Assembly: GCF_009914755.1 (NCBI RefSeq)
Contig: NC_060931.1
DNA length: 64,000 nucleotides
Reading direction: 5' to 3' (one strand)
Origin: the human T2T-CHM13v2.0 reference genome, Homo sapiens
Below the pieces are notes generated by a model. That model made no database searches. It saw only the letters and a list, made by a program, of their open reading frames with translations, and had not been told where the DNA came from. Positions 1 through 14,400 of this stretch are shown here, in pieces (position 1 is the stretch's first letter; each line of letters begins with the position of its first letter). The translations under genes were made by a program, and so were the position numbers.

Positions 1-3000
1 CCTTTTCATCCACACTCACCCAGCAGTAACAAGGCACTTCTTCACCTTCCCATTGGAGTGGAGTCAGTGGAGACCTAGGGGAGAGTTAGGACTTTCACAA
101 TAGATACCCCATGCAGCATAACTAGAAGCTAGCTCCTGTCTTGTGTCAATGGAAGATGAGTGGAGAATGTTGCCTTTACCACCAACTAACATTAATGATG
201 CAGAGGTCCCTCTTCCCCTGCCAGAGAAGTGCTAATGAAAGTTTGCTAAAACTGAAGTTTTAAATAAGACCCAGAATCTTAGAACATATCACAAAAATAT
301 CCAAGTTGCAATCGAAAATTACTTGTCACACCAAGAATGAGGACAATCTCATACTGAATGAAACAAAAAATCAGAAGATATTAACAGAAATACTACACAG
401 GTGTTAGAATTATCTAATAAATATCTTAAAGGAGATGTCATAAAAATGCTTCAGTGGGCAATTAAAATCACACTTGAAACCAATGAAAAATTCAAGTCTC
501 AACAAGGAAATAGAAGATATAAAGAACTACATGATAATTTTACAACTGAAAAATATACCTGAAATTAACAGGCCAGTGAATAAATAGCCTTCATAGTAGA
601 CTGGAGGGGTCTGAAGAAAGCACTATAATTGAAATTACCCAATCTGAGTGAGAAAGAGCAAATTGGCTGACCATAAATGAACAGAGCCTCAAGGACCTTG
701 GTGATCATAACAAAATATCTAATATCCTTCAAAGTTTTAGAAGAGAAGAGAGGGCAGGTCTGAAAAAATTACCAAAGAAACAATGTCCAGAAACCTTCAA
801 AATTTGGCAAGAGATAAAAACTTAACAAGTTCAAGGTACTATATATAAGACCCAAATATGATAAACACAAAGTAATCGATGACAAAGCACATCACAATTA
901 AACTACTGAAAATTAAAGACAAATCTAGAAAGCAATCAGACAAATATAATGCCTTATGTATCGGATTAACCAGATTGATGAGATTTTTTTAATCAGAAAC
1001 CATGGAGATGAGAAGAAAATGACAACAGTATATTTCAGGTGCTACAGGAAAAGAACTGTCAGCTCAGAATTCTATAGACAGTGAATATACCATTCAGGAA
1101 TGAAAGGGAAATCAAGAGGAAGAAAAACTAAAATAATTAGTCCCATAATTTTACCCTAAAATAATGGCTAAGGGAAATTCCCTAAACAGAAAGGTACAAA
1201 TGAAAGAAACTTAGAATTCCAGGAAGAACGACAGAACACAGTAAGCAAAAATATGAGTACGTACAGTAGGCTTTTATTTTATCTTGGGTTTTCAAAATGC
1301 TGTTTGATGAATGAAGAAAGAAATAATTTACCAAATATCTCTATAGAGTCAGAAAATATTTAAGATAATTATGTTACAAATGGGAGAGACATAAAGGGAG
1401 ATAAATTTCTATACTCAAACTGGTAAAATAAGGACATCAATAAACTGTGGTAAGTTATACACATATATTGTAATGCCTGGAGCAACCACTGCAAAAATCT
1501 TTACAAAGAGATGTAGTCCATTATATAGATAACTTCAAAATAACATTCTAAAAAGGTGTTTACTGAACTCAGAGATCATGAAAAAGACAAGGAAGTGAAA
1601 AACAGAACAAACAAAAACAAAATGGCAAACTCGAACCCTAACATATCAATAATTACACTAAATGTGAATAGTCTAAATTCACCAATTAAAAAATGAAAGT
1701 TGACACATTGAATTAACCACCCAACTATAGGCTGTTGACAGTAAAGTCACTTCAGATATAGTGACATATTCAGGTTGAGAGTAAAAAGGATGGAAAATAT
1801 ATTTCATAGAAATATTAATCAAAGGAAAGCAGGAGAAGCTATGTTAATATCAGACTTCAGAGCAAAAAATAAAAAATTACCACATGGAGTTTATACAATT
1901 ATAAAAGGCTTAAGTTACAAAGAAGATGTAGCAGTGCTAAATATGTATGCACTATGCAACAGAGTTATTAAATGTGTAAGGAAAAAACCCAGAATTGAAA
2001 GAAAAATTATTAATAGAGAAATCCACAACTGTATCAGAGCAAGGTCTAGGCAATAAGTTCCCAAACTTAACACAACAAATGCAATTCATAAAAGGAAAAA
2101 CTGGTAAATTAGACTTAACCAAAACTAAAAAATGCACATTTCTACAAAACACCGTGTTCAGAGTATTAAAAAATAAGGTATAGACTGGGAAAAAATATTT
2201 GCTAACCACATATCTGACAAGAGAACAGTATCTAGAATACAGAAGGAACTCTCATAATTAAACCTAAAGAGTAGTGGGGAGGTAGGTTTGGTTAACGGCT
2301 CCAAAAATTAGAATGAATGAATAATACCTACTATTCAATAGCACAATAGGGCGACTATAGTCAATAATAGCTTAATTGTACATTTTGAAATAAAGGATGT
2401 AATGGGATTATTTGTAACTCAAAGGATAAATGCTTGAGGGAATGTATACCCCCTTCTGCATGATGTGCTTATTTCACATTGCATGCCTATATCAAAACAT
2501 CTAATTTACCCCATAAATATATACACCTACTATGTACCCACAAAATTTAAAAATTAATTAATTAAAAAAAGAAAATGGTTCAAACCATGAAAAGACATTT
2601 TACTGAAGAGGGATATATACTTGGGAAGTAAGCACATAAAATGATCTTCAGCATCACAAGTCATTAAGGAAATGTAAATTAAACCAAATTGATATATTAT
2701 TGTATACCTATTAAGATGGCTAAAATAGAAATAGTGGCAATACCACATTCTAGAGAGAATAAGAGAAACTGGATCACTAAATATATTGCTGGTGAGAATG
2801 AAAGTGGTACAACCACTGTGGAAAATGTGTTTGGTACATTCATAAAGAACTAAGCATGCAGCTAACATAAAACCAGAAATTGCAATCCTAGACATTTATC
2901 TCAGAGAAATGAAGATTTCTGTTCACACAAAATCTGTACATGTTTATACTAGTCTTATCCATAATATACAAAAATTGGACACAACCCAGTTGTCTGTTAA

Positions 3001-3435
3001 TGAGTGAACACTTAAATTGTGATACATCTATACCATGAAATACCACTCAGCAAAAAAATGAGCAAGATAATGATAAATGCAGCAAACTGAATAATGATCC
3101 ACAGAATTAGGCTATAAGGGTTATATAACATATGAGGCCATTTATATTTCATTGAAATGAAAAAAATTACAGAAATAGAGAACAGGTTAGTGGTTGCCAG
3201 AGTTTAAGTTGGGAAAGGCCTGTGGCTATGAAAGTACAACATAAGGGACCCGTGATATTGAAAATGCTGTGTTTTTTGACTGTATCAATGTCAATATTAA
3301 GATTGCAATATTGGATTACAGTTTTCAAGATGTTACCATTGGGAAGAATTGGTTAAAAGATACATGAAATCTCTTATTTTTTTTTTACAATAGCATGTGG
3401 ATATACAATTATCTTTTAAATTAAATGAAAATTTA
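1..3435 (+). mobile_element. Old degenerate LINE-1 (L1MD-like): 5'/ORF1 remnant, ORF2 start, large internal deletion near 2030, then ORF2 C-terminus and 3' UTR
   Basis: An endonuclease-start-like sequence lies at ~1620-1700 (caataattacactaaatgtgaatagtctaaattcaccaattaaa). The sequence jumps to ORF2 C-terminal-like DNA at ~2040. An L1MD-type 3' end lies at 3280-3415 (tgtatcaatgtcaat...gatgttaccattggg...tacaattatc). Confidence 0.75.
2268..2570 (+). mobile_element. 5'-truncated L1MA1/2-like 3' end nested in the L1MD
   Basis: The sequence gcacaatagggcgactatagtcaataa...aaaggataaatgcttgaggg...atatacacctactatgtacccacaaaa is followed by an A-rich tail. Confidence 0.8.
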
Positions 3436-5701
3436 AAGAGAAAGTTTTGTGTCATTAAAAGCTGGTGATATTTTTCATAAGATTTTTAGCACAAATTAGT
3501 AGGTCCTGAAAAAAATTCCATGAGCCTATGATCTTGTGGACAGGGCACAGTTGCTATGTGATCAAAAACAAAAACACTCAATGCTGATATAGAGACTTGT
3601 AGCCCCAAATATTCATTATTGGGGCCATCAGTGATCTATTTCATTTGCTACTTATTGAATTCCTTATTCACCTGTGTACCAGTACTATTGGTAAATTAAA
3701 TGGCTTTTCAACAAGTTAAATTCTGTCATGATTACTTAGAATTCTAATGTGTCTTAAGATTTTAAAGTATACGTTGTCATTTTAAGATTACCTTATTGTA
3801 ATTAGCAAATTTTCCTGCTAAGTACAGTAAGAGCTAAGTATACTAAACAAGAGAAGACATTCTTGGTTTTATAAATCTCTGCTGCTGCTGCTGTAATTAT
3901 ATTTTGTGGTCTATAGTTGGTTCATTAAACTCTATTTTATTTATTTGTTTTATGGCCTTTATATGTAATCCCAATTGGCCTAAGCTTTTCTAATTATCTC
4001 AATATCTAATAGTCTAAAAAATCAATTTATGGAAGACAGGACAGGACACACTGGATTAGGAAATGCTCGTAAGAGGTCAGTATTCATTCTCACAATAAAG
4101 TTCATGGACTCCTAATTGTTTAAGGAGACAACCAAGTTAAGATGAGTGAACTACACAAATGTCTGGGAGATAGTCATAGGCAACACTAGTTAAAAGGAAG
4201 AGGAAAATGACAGACAGGAGGCAGGATTCAGGACTGTTAAGTTCATTTTGTTGCTAAAGTAAATTTCAGTTTCATTTGACTGTGCACAGTTAAAATGACA
4301 CAGAACACCATATAAAAGATTTGGGGGTTGGAGAGGCAGAAGCAAGGGATATTCCTAAAGTTATATTTCATATAGTCATATCTTGTTCTTGATCTGTCCT
4401 TTTTGCATCCAAATATTTACTCCTCTCTACCCACTCTCTAATAACTGATGTCTCTGGTGGTTGTGCAATAACACAAGGAATGGATGATGCAAAAGGAGGT
4501 AGCTGATAGACCTGATAAATGCAGCTATCGCATAACCATCTGGTCTCGTGACTCTAAGGGGGGTCCCTTTCCAAACACACAGTTAGCTGAAGGAAATAGT
4601 CAACTTCTTTCCTCCTTCATCCAATACCTTGTATAAAGAAACCTATCCTTATAGATCATAAAGTTTAAGAAATACTAACTTTTTTACTACCCACCACTCT
4701 GTCTTTTAGCTGTACTACACTATACCATCTCTATCAAGTGGCAATAACTCCTGTTTTAAAGCATTGCTTATCCTGCTAAAGTTACTCCTTCCAATAATAA
4801 CAACATGTATTACAGGAAGTTTTTCATTCTACAAATATTTTATATTATGCCTGTTATGGGATGCTAACCATTCATTGTTATTCAATAAATACACAGTAAT
4901 TGCCAGGAATATCATTTGAGAATTTCAGATAGTGGTTTGTGTGGTTTTTGAAAAAGTCAGTTTAAATCCAGAGTTTTACTTATTATGTTTCTTTTTCTAT
5001 AATTTATAAAGGGGTACTGCAGAAATTCTAACCACTCTGACAAGATAATTTTGTGTTTTGTTATTTGTATCGTGACACATTGGGAAGAGTTTTACTGATT
5101 TTAGCATAATTTGGTTCATTAATAAAGTTTTCAAATTTTATTTATAATGGTACAAATAAACATCTTTTAATATACTGTAGGTGATTTCATTGAAATGTAC
5201 TAAACAGTAGAAATGACAGTGAGTTTTGGTGATAAAAGTCCACCAATACAAAATGATATTGTAAGGGCTTTCTATACCTTAGTTTTCTTATCTACAAGAT
5301 GTACAAAAGGCTTTTTAATCAAACCCCTGAAGTTATACCAACCAAGGAGATGGAAGTAATAACATTATACAAGCACAACGGATGAAGCAAGTCCCAGCAG
5401 AATACTTACAGTGTATCTTAAGTTCAGAATAAGTGAAATGAAATATGTGGACATGTATATTGGTAAAAATGTTAAGTATTATGAATAATAAATGAAATTT
5501 AGAAAGCTATTGCTTATCAGGAAGATAGAATGTGGAAGTACATTTTGGTAAACATTGGTAATTATTACTATGCTCTGCTTCTTGAGTTGAACAGGAGGTT
5601 TGTAGCTATTCATTATAGTATTAAATAAATGTAAAAGTAAATCAATAAAATAGTCATACATGGGACAATAATGATGATGAGTTTTGAGTTAAGCATATGA
5701 T

Positions 5702-6250
5702 TGTGGAAGGCAGAATTCTAAGATGGCCCCAATATCCCCACCCCTCTGTTATACACATTTTCTTTCATTTATTGAATTAAATAGTAATCTAGGTGGGTCT
5801 GTAAAGGGATTTTACAGATATAATGAAAGTCTCACATAAATTGAGTTTATGAGAGAAAGATTATCCTGGACCGGCCCTATCTAATCAGGTGAACCCTTAA
5901 AATAAGTCAGAAGGATTAAAAGAGACAGAGATATTCCCTTGTTGGCCTTGAAAGAGCAACCACCATGTCGTTAATAGACTGTGGTTGAGGGATGTGGCAA
6001 GGAACTTAGGATGACCTCTAGGGGCTGAGTGTGGTCCCAGGCCAATAGCCACCAAGAAGAAGGGAACCTCAGTCCTGCAACTGCAGAAAACTTCTTCCAA
6101 CAACCTGAGTAAACCTGACAGAGTACCCCAAATTCCAGATGAGACTCCAGCCATATGGATACCTTGTTTTTAGCTTTGTAAGATGCTAGGAAAGGGTCCA
6201 TGTACACTGTGCCTGGCGTTTTGACTATAGATGCTGTGAAATAGTAAATG
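5702..6250 (+). mobile_element. MaLR solo LTR, MLT1E-like
   Basis: It starts tgtggaaggcagaattctaagatggcccc. Internal MLT1 motifs include gattatcctgg...ctaatcagg, ggaacctcagtcctgcaactgcag and ccagatgagactccagcc. Confidence 0.8.
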
Positions 6251-7042
6251 AGATGAGACCAGAACTATAAAGTCCAGACTCATTAGAGGACAAATTTCAG
6301 ACCAAAAGCAATTTGATGTAGTAATAATGATAAATAACATTCTATTTTGTCTTATTATTATGTTTAGATTATTTTCTTTCTATTATTAAGGGTGTATCTC
6401 TAAATGAAATGATTTGCCCACTTTTTTCAGGAGTTAGATATGTTTTTCTTTGCAACAAAACAATGTCATTGCGAGTACAGCCAGACAAAAGTACGCTTCT
6501 GAGAAAGGCGTTTAAAGGAACTGCATATCTAGATTTGTCATAACTCAGCACCAGCACCTTGACTCTCATAATCAGGGAGGTTCTATGCTGTCTGGGAACC
6601 TATATGCAGCAATTGATAGCAGTTTTTAAATTTAGGACTTGAAGAAATTGACAAGTGGGTATGTTGAAAGTGATTCCCCATATTCAGTTTACTTTGTATT
6701 TAAATCACAGTAAGTTATTTTTTAAAAAGGATAATGTTGTATCAGTTCTAATTTCTCCAGCATGGAATTGGTAGGAAGGCTTAGCCAAATTGGGCAGGGA
6801 AGTAGTTCATTTCTGTGCCTCCCTTGGTTCTTATCTAAACCTGCCTACTGATAGATATTAGGCTTCCTGCTTCAGGGCCCTAAGTGTTAGGTTTTCTTTA
6901 TGTAATTAATCTGTCTCAAAGAACTGAGATTTTATAAACTGATTTCTATTGAAGCCTTCAAATATATGCTTTGAAAACTGCTAGCTGTTAATGTGTGATT
7001 ATGCATCTATTCTTTCTGTGAAATCGGTGTTTTTCTATACCC

Positions 7043-8124
7043 TGCACTAGCATTAATGTTTATAGAAATATGATTCCTATTTTTAGTATGATTTTTCTTC
7101 CACTTTTTTTCTTCTAAGAAAGAAGTTATGAGAGGAGCTTGTTAGACATATTGGGAGGAAGAATTGCTTTCTCCTTGCCACCCAGGTTAGAAGGAGATAG
7201 CTACTGTGGAGAGGTAGCAGGCACAGATCCCCTGAAGTTCCTGTAGAAAACTTTACTATTTGTTCCATCGTTAGTAACTGACAGGAACACTATGGCTACC
7301 ATATTTGCTGGATTTTTTCTTAAAAGACAATCTCACAAATTTCTCCTTTGTTTCGTTCTTATGCCATTTGAAGTAAAAGCAATTATACGTAATACTGGAA
7401 TTTTAAATAATGATTGAGACTACTGAACAACAGGGCTGACAGAGTAGATACAAGCTTTAACTTTTATCACAAACTTTTGATTACATACAGTACTCCTTAG
7501 GTGACTTGGCCTTTTTTTTAGTTTGTTTAACATTTCCAGCGTCTGAGTATAAAACCACCAATGATTTTTAAGAGGAATACTAAAAATCCTAAAATTAGAA
7601 AATATGTAGTTGAATACTTACTTGCTCATATAATTTCATATCAGCTTTCAGGATCTGTAAAGAGACACAACTGTTTTACAGTTCGATTGGAACTGGGGAG
7701 GAGTTTAAAAGAATCACAGTAAGCCCTCTGGTCTTTTCCAGGAGGATAATCAACAACATTGACTGATTATGTTTGTATGGGTAAGTATGTCTGTTTATAG
7801 ATAATGTTAGTTCTCCTCCAATGAATGTCTTCTATGTAAATAGACATGAAATTCATACTGTTTGAAGCTGTCTGTTGGTTTAGACTATTCTAAATTGCAC
7901 TGAGTATATGATGTTGAAACACGCTGATCCCTTTGCAGACCTGTCGCATATTAGAAGGGTTTCCAAAGAAGCTGTCGAGGGAGCTGGGCTCCAGATAAAT
8001 ACATATTAAGAAAAAAATACTAGCTAAGACATTGAGGAAGATTGCACTAGCATTAATGTTTATAGAAATATGATTGCAATTTTTAGTATGATTTTTCTTC
8101 CACTTTTTTTCTTCTAAGAAAGAA
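7043..8124. repeat. 82-bp direct repeat pair (7043-7124 and 8043-8124), 80/82 identical, offset exactly 1000 bp
   Basis: Read directly from the sequence: tgcactagcattaatgtttatagaaatatgatt(cct/gca)atttttagtatgatttttcttccactttttttcttctaagaaagaa. Confidence 0.97.
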
Positions 8125-8487
8125 ACTTAAGAAAATAACTGTAGCATGATGCCAACTGCACATTGGATACAGATGGGAATTTCCAAGTAACTCATGCTGT
8201 AATTAGAGAAACTTCATAAATAGATAATTCATGTCTAAAAATTTAAAGGGAATCTATTTAAAGAAATTGCAGTTTGAAATGATTTTGTACTGAATAAAGG
8301 TTACAATGAGCCGCCAGAAATAGCCCCGGTGAATGAAGCTGTAGGCATTCAGATAAGGGGGGTAAGGGAAGACAGAAATAATGCTAAAACAAAAAATATA
8401 TATGGTAAATGAATGTAAAGAAGTTGTAGTAAACATTTCAGAATTGCAAGGGGTATGCCAAAATATCAATATATGTATTTGCAAAGA

Positions 8488-11400
8488 GTTTTATTTTAGG
8501 TTCAGGGTATATGTGCAGGTTTATTATATAGGCAAACGTGGGTAATGGGGGTTTGTTGTACAGACTGTTTTATCCTCAGATACTAAGCCTAGTACCCATT
8601 AGTGTTTTTTTTTTTCCCTAACTCTCTCCCTCATCTCAACCCCACCCTCCAATAGGCCCCAGTGTGTGGTGCTCTCCTGTATAAGCCCATGTGTTCTCAT
8701 CATTACCTCCTACTTACAAGTGAGAACATGTGGTATTTTGTTTTCTGTTCCTGCATTAGTTTGCTAAGGATAATGGCCTCCAGCTCCATCCCTGTTCCTG
8801 CAGAGAGCATAATCTTTTTCTTATTTTATATAGCTGCATAGTACTCCATGGTGTATATGTACCATATTTTCTTTATACGGTCTATCACTGATGGGCATTT
8901 AGGTTGATCCCATGTCTTCACTATTGTGAATAGTGCTGCAATGAACTTACATAGGCATGTATCTTCATAAAAGAATGATTTATATTTCTTTGGGTACATA
9001 CCCAGTACTGAGATTGCTGGGTTGAATTACCATTCAACCTCTAGGTCTACCATTTCTGCCTCTAGGTCTTTGAAGAATCACCAAACTGCCTTCCACAAGG
9101 TCTGAACTAATTTACACTCCCACCAACAGTGTATAAGCATTCCTTTTTCTCTGCAACCTCACCAGTGTCTTTTATTTTTTGACTTTTTAATAATAGCCCT
9201 TCTGACTGGTGTTAGATGGTATCTCACTGTGGTTTTGATTTGCGTCTCTCTAATGATCAGTGATATTGAGCTATTTTTCAGATGCTTGTTGGCTGCATGT
9301 ATGTCTTCTTTTGAAAAGTGTCCGTTCATGTCCTTTGCACACTTTTTAATAGAGTTGCTCGTTTTTTTCTTGTAAATTATTTTAGGTTTCTTATGGATTC
9401 TGGTTATTACACCTTTATCAGATACCTAGTTTGCAAATATGTTCTCCCATTCTGTAGGTTGTCTGTTCATTCTATTGATAATTTCCTTTGCTGTGCAGAA
9501 GCTCTTTTATTTAATTAGATCCCATTTGTCATTTTGTGGTTTTGTTGCAATTGCTTTTGGCATCTTCATCATGAAATCTTTGCTCATTCCTATGTCCTGA
9601 ATAGTATTGCCTAGGTTGTCTTTCAGGGTTTTTATAGTTTTGGGCTTTACATTTAAGTCTTTGATCCATCTTGAGTTAGTTTTTGTATATGGTATAGGAA
9701 GGGGTCCAGTTTCAATCTTCTGCATATGGCTAGCCAGTTATTCCAGCATCATTTTTTGAATAGGAAGTCCTTTACCCATTGCTTGTTTTTATCAGGTTTG
9801 TCAAAGATCAGCTAGTTGTAGATGTGCAGCCTTATTGCTGCATTCTTTATTCTGTTCCATTGGTCTATGTGTCTGTTTTTGTACCAATACTATGATATTT
9901 TGTTTACCAAAGGTCTGTAATATAGTTTGAAGTCAAGTAGCACAATGACTGTAGCTTTGTTCTTTTTGCTTATGATTGACTTGGCTATTAGGATTGCCTT
10001 GGCTATTAGGGCTCTTTTTTGTTTCTATGTGAATTGTAAAATAGTGTTTTTCTAGTTCTGTGAAGAATTTGAATGGTAGTGTAATAGGAATGGTATTGAA
10101 TCTATTAATCATTTTGGGCAGTATGACCATTTTTACAATATTGATTCTTCCTATCCATGAGCAAAGAATGTTTTTCCATTTGTTTGTGTCATCTCTGGTT
10201 TCTTTGAGCCATGTTTTGTAGTTCTCCTTGTAGAGATCTTTTACCTTCTTGGTTAGCTGTATTCTTAGGTATTTTATTATTTTTGTGGCAATTTTAAATG
10301 AGATTGCATTCCTGATTTGGATCTTGGCTTGACTGTTGTTGGTGTATAAGAATATTACTGACTTTTGCACATTGATTTTGTATCCTGAGGCTTTGCTGAA
10401 GTTATCAGCTTAAAAAGCTTTTGGGCTGAGACTGTGGGGTTTTCTAGCTATAGGATCATGTTGTCTGCAAACAGGGATAGTTTGACTTCCTTTCTTCCTA
10501 CTGGGATGCCTTTATTTCTTTCTCTTGCCTGATTGTCCTGACCAGGACTTCCAATACCATGTTGAATAGGAGTGATAAGAAAGGGTATTCTTGTCTTATT
10601 CCAGTTTTCAAGGGGATTGCTTCCAGCTTTTGCCCATTCAGTATGATGTTGGCTGTGGGTTTGTTATAGGTGGCTCTTATTACTTTGAGGTATGTTCCTT
10701 CAATACCTAGATTATTGACAGTTTTTAACATGAAGGGATATGGGATTTTATCAAAAGCCTTTTCTGCATCTATTGAGATAATCATGTGGTTTTTGTCTTT
10801 ACTGGTGTTTATGTGATGAATCACATTTATTGATTTGCAGATGTTGAACCAACCTTGCATCCCAGGGATAAAGCCAAATTGATCATGGTGGATAAGCTTT
10901 TTGATGTGCTTCTGGATTTGGTTTGCAAGTATTTTGTTGAGTACTTTGCATCAATGTTCATCAAGAGTATTTGCCTGAAATTTTTGTTGTTGTTGTGTCT
11001 CTGTCAGGTTTTGGTAGCAGTGTGATGCTAGTTTTGTAGCATAAGTTAGGGAGGAATTCCTTCTCTTCAATTTTTTGGAGTAGTTTCAGCATGAATGGTA
11101 CCAGCTTTTCTTTGTATATCTGGTAGAATTCATCTGTGAATCCATGTGGTCTTGGGCTTTTTTTGTTGGTAGGCTATTTATTACTGACTCAATTTTAAAG
11201 CTAATTATTGGTCTGTTCAGGGATTCAGTTTCTTCCTGGTTGAGTCTTAGGAGGCTATGCATATCCAGGAATTTATTCATTTCTTCTAGACTTTATGGTT
11301 TGTGTAAATAGAGGTATTCATAATAGTCTGTGATGGTTATTTGTATTTCTCTGTGGTCAGTGGTAATCTCCCCTTTGTTGTTTCTGGTTGTGTTTATTTG

Positions 11401-14400
11401 AATCTCTGTTTTCCTCTTTATTAATCTAGCTAGAAGTCTAACTATTTTATTCATTTAAAAAAACAGCTCCTGGATTCATTAGTCTTTTGAATGGTTTTTA
11501 ATATCTCTATCTTCTTCAGTTCAGCTCTGATTTTGGGTTTTTCTTGTCTGCTGCTAGCTTTGGAATTTGTTTGCTCTTGGTTCTCTAGTTCTTTAATTGT
11601 GATGTTAAGTTAACTTGAGAAATTTCTAACTTTTTGATGTGGGCATTTAGTGCTATAAATTTCCCTCTTAACACTGCCTTAGCTGTGTCCCAGAGATTCT
11701 GGTATGATGTAACTTTCTTTTTATTAGTTTCAAAGAACTTGTTGATTTCTGTCTTAAATTCAGTATTTACACAAAAGTCATTTAGAAGCAAGTTATTCAA
11801 TATTCCATGAAATTGCATGGTTCTGAGTGAATTTCCTAGTCTTGACTTCTAATTTGATTGTTCTGGGGTCTGAGAGATTGTTTGTTATAATTTCAGTTTT
11901 TTTGCATTTGCTGAGGAGTGTTTTACTTCTGAATAGGTGATCAATTTTAGAATATGTGCCGTGTAACTATAAGAAGAATGTATATTCTGTTGTTTTGGAG
12001 TAGAGAGTTGTGTATATATCTCTCAGGTCCATTTGGTCCAGTGCTAAGTTCAGGTCCTGAATATCTGTTAATTTTCTGTCTCAACAATCTGCCTAATATT
12101 GTCAGTGGGGTGTTAAATTTTCCCACTATTATTGTGTGGGAATCTAAGTCTCTTTGAAGGTCTTTAAGAACTTGCTTTATTAATATGGGTGCTCCTGTAT
12201 TGGGTGCATATATGTTTTGGATAGTTAGATTTTCTTATTGAATTGAACCCTTTACCGTTATGTAATGCCCTTCGTTACTTTTTTATCTTTTTTGGTATAA
12301 AGTCTGCTTTGTCAGAAACTAGAATTGCAATCCCTGCTTTTTTCTGGTTTCCATTTGCTTGGTAGATTTTCTTCCATCCCTTTATTTTAAAGCTGTGTGT
12401 CATTGCATGTGAGATGGGTCTCCTGTAGACAGTATACCAGTGGGTCTGGGTTCTTTATCCACCTTGCTATTCTCTGTCTTTTAATTAAGGCATTTAGCCC
12501 ATTTACATTTAAGGTTAGTATAGATATGTGTGGATTTGATCTTGTCATCATGATGTTAGCTGGTTATTTTGCAGACTTGTTTATGTGGTTGCTTTATAGT
12601 TTCACTGGTCTGTGTATTTTAGTGTGTTTTTAAAGTGTCTGGTAACAGTCTCCTTTTCATATGTAGTGCTTCCTTCAGGAGCTCTTGTAAGGCAGGTCTG
12701 GTGGTAATGATTTCCCTCAGCATTTGTTTGGCTGAAAAAGGTCTTATTTCTCCTTCACTTATGAAGCTTAGTTTGGGTGGATATGAAATTCTGCATTGTA
12801 ATTTCTTTAAGAATGTTGAATGTTGATCCTCAATCTCTTCTGGCTTGTTGGGTTTCTGCTGAGAGGTCTGCTGTTAGTCCGATGGGCTTCCCTTTGTAAG
12901 TGACCTTTCTCTCTAGATGCCTTTAACATTCTTTTCCTTTCATTTTAACCTTGAAGAATCTGATGATTATGTGTCTTGAGGATGATCTTCTGTGAAGTAT
13001 CTTACTGGGGTTTTCTGCATTTCCTGAATTTGAATGTTTGCCTCTCTAGCTAGATTGGGGAACTACTCATGCATGTTGTCTTGAAATATGTTTTCCACGT
13101 TGGCTGCGTTCTTCCCATCTCTTACAGGGACACCAATGAGTCGTAGATTCAGCCTCTTTACATAATCCCATATTTCTTGAAGGTTTCGTTCATTCCTTTA
13201 CAATTCTTCTTTGTCTATTGTTGTGTAACTGCCTTATTTCAGAAAGCCAGCCTGCAAGCTCTGCGATCTTTCCTCCACTTGGTCTATACTGCTATTAATA
13301 CTTGTGATTGCCTTATGAAATTTTTATAGTGTGTTTTTCAGCTCTGTTAGGTCAGTCACATTCTTTTCTGTACTGGCTGTTTTGTCTGTCAGCTCCTACA
13401 TTGTTTTATCATGATTTTCATCTTCCTTGCATTGGGTTTCAACATACTCTTGTACCTCAGTGATCTTCATTGCTATCCATATTCTGAATTCTATTTGTCA
13501 TTTCAGCCACCTCAACCTCGTTCAAAACCCTTGCTGGAGAGGAGATATGGTCATTTGGAGAAAGGATGGCACTCTGGCTTTTTGAGTTTTCAGGAATCTT
13601 ATGCTGATTCTTCCTCATCTTTGTGGGGTTATCTATCTTCAATCTTTGAAGTTTCTGACCTTTAGATTTTTTTTTCTTTTATCCTATCTGATGACCTTGA
13701 GGGTTTGATTGTGGTATAAGGTGAATTCAGCCAGCTTCATTTCTGGAAGATTTTAGGGGGCCAACACTCAGCTCCCAACTCCTGGACTGCATGCTGTAAG
13801 TCTTGGGGACTTGTACTGGACCCCAACTTTGTTTCTATGTCTCTTGAAGTCTGAAATCCACTGAACTGTGGGTGGAAGGAGTGGAGGTGCGGTAGCTGTG
13901 GCAGAGTGCTAGTGGGTGTCAGGGTGCCTGCCTTCCTGAGGGCATTCACCACAGTGGCAGAAACAATGCTGCTGGGGGTGGGGTAGGAGACTATGGGTGT
14001 GGTCATGCTGGAGGTGGCGTTGACTTGGAAGTGGGGTGCTCATGGATACAGGTCTGGGTGCCTTCTCTGTGCCCTGCAAGCAGAAGTGATTGCTCAGGGT
14101 GAGGGAGAATCCACTGTTCTGAGCAGTGTTAGTGCAAGGGTGGGGTGCTGGTGGGGTTGAGGCTTTCTGGCTCTGTGTTGCCAAGGCTCTGTCTGCAATG
14201 ACAGTCGGCAGGGGGTAGACTGCTGGACTGCTGGCAGGGCAAGGAAAGCAAAACCTGCCTGTGCAGACATGCACATGCAAAGTGATGTGGATAGTTGCTG
14301 TGTGCCTGGAGGAAGGTGCATTATAGGGAGGGAGCGGACGGACTGGTGTGTGTCCATAGGGCTGCCTCACTGGAGCTTTCTACTGGTCAGGCAAAATCTG

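Noticed and set aside
2268-2570. Idea that this L1MA 3' end is the displaced missing 3' end of the element at 45841-53115
   Set aside because: Short 3' fragments of this family are very common, and nothing in the flanks links the two.
6420-7790. Possible + strand exons (tttttcag|GAG at ~6430; ctttcag|GAT...CA|gtaagc at ~7651-7720; ttccag|GAG...GG|gtaagt at ~7742-7780)
   Set aside because: Splice-like motifs are common by chance, the translations resemble no protein I recognise, and RNA-seq or conservation data would be needed.
9974-10009. 18-bp tandem duplication in L1 ORF2
   Set aside because: It is an ordinary slippage duplication in a dead element.
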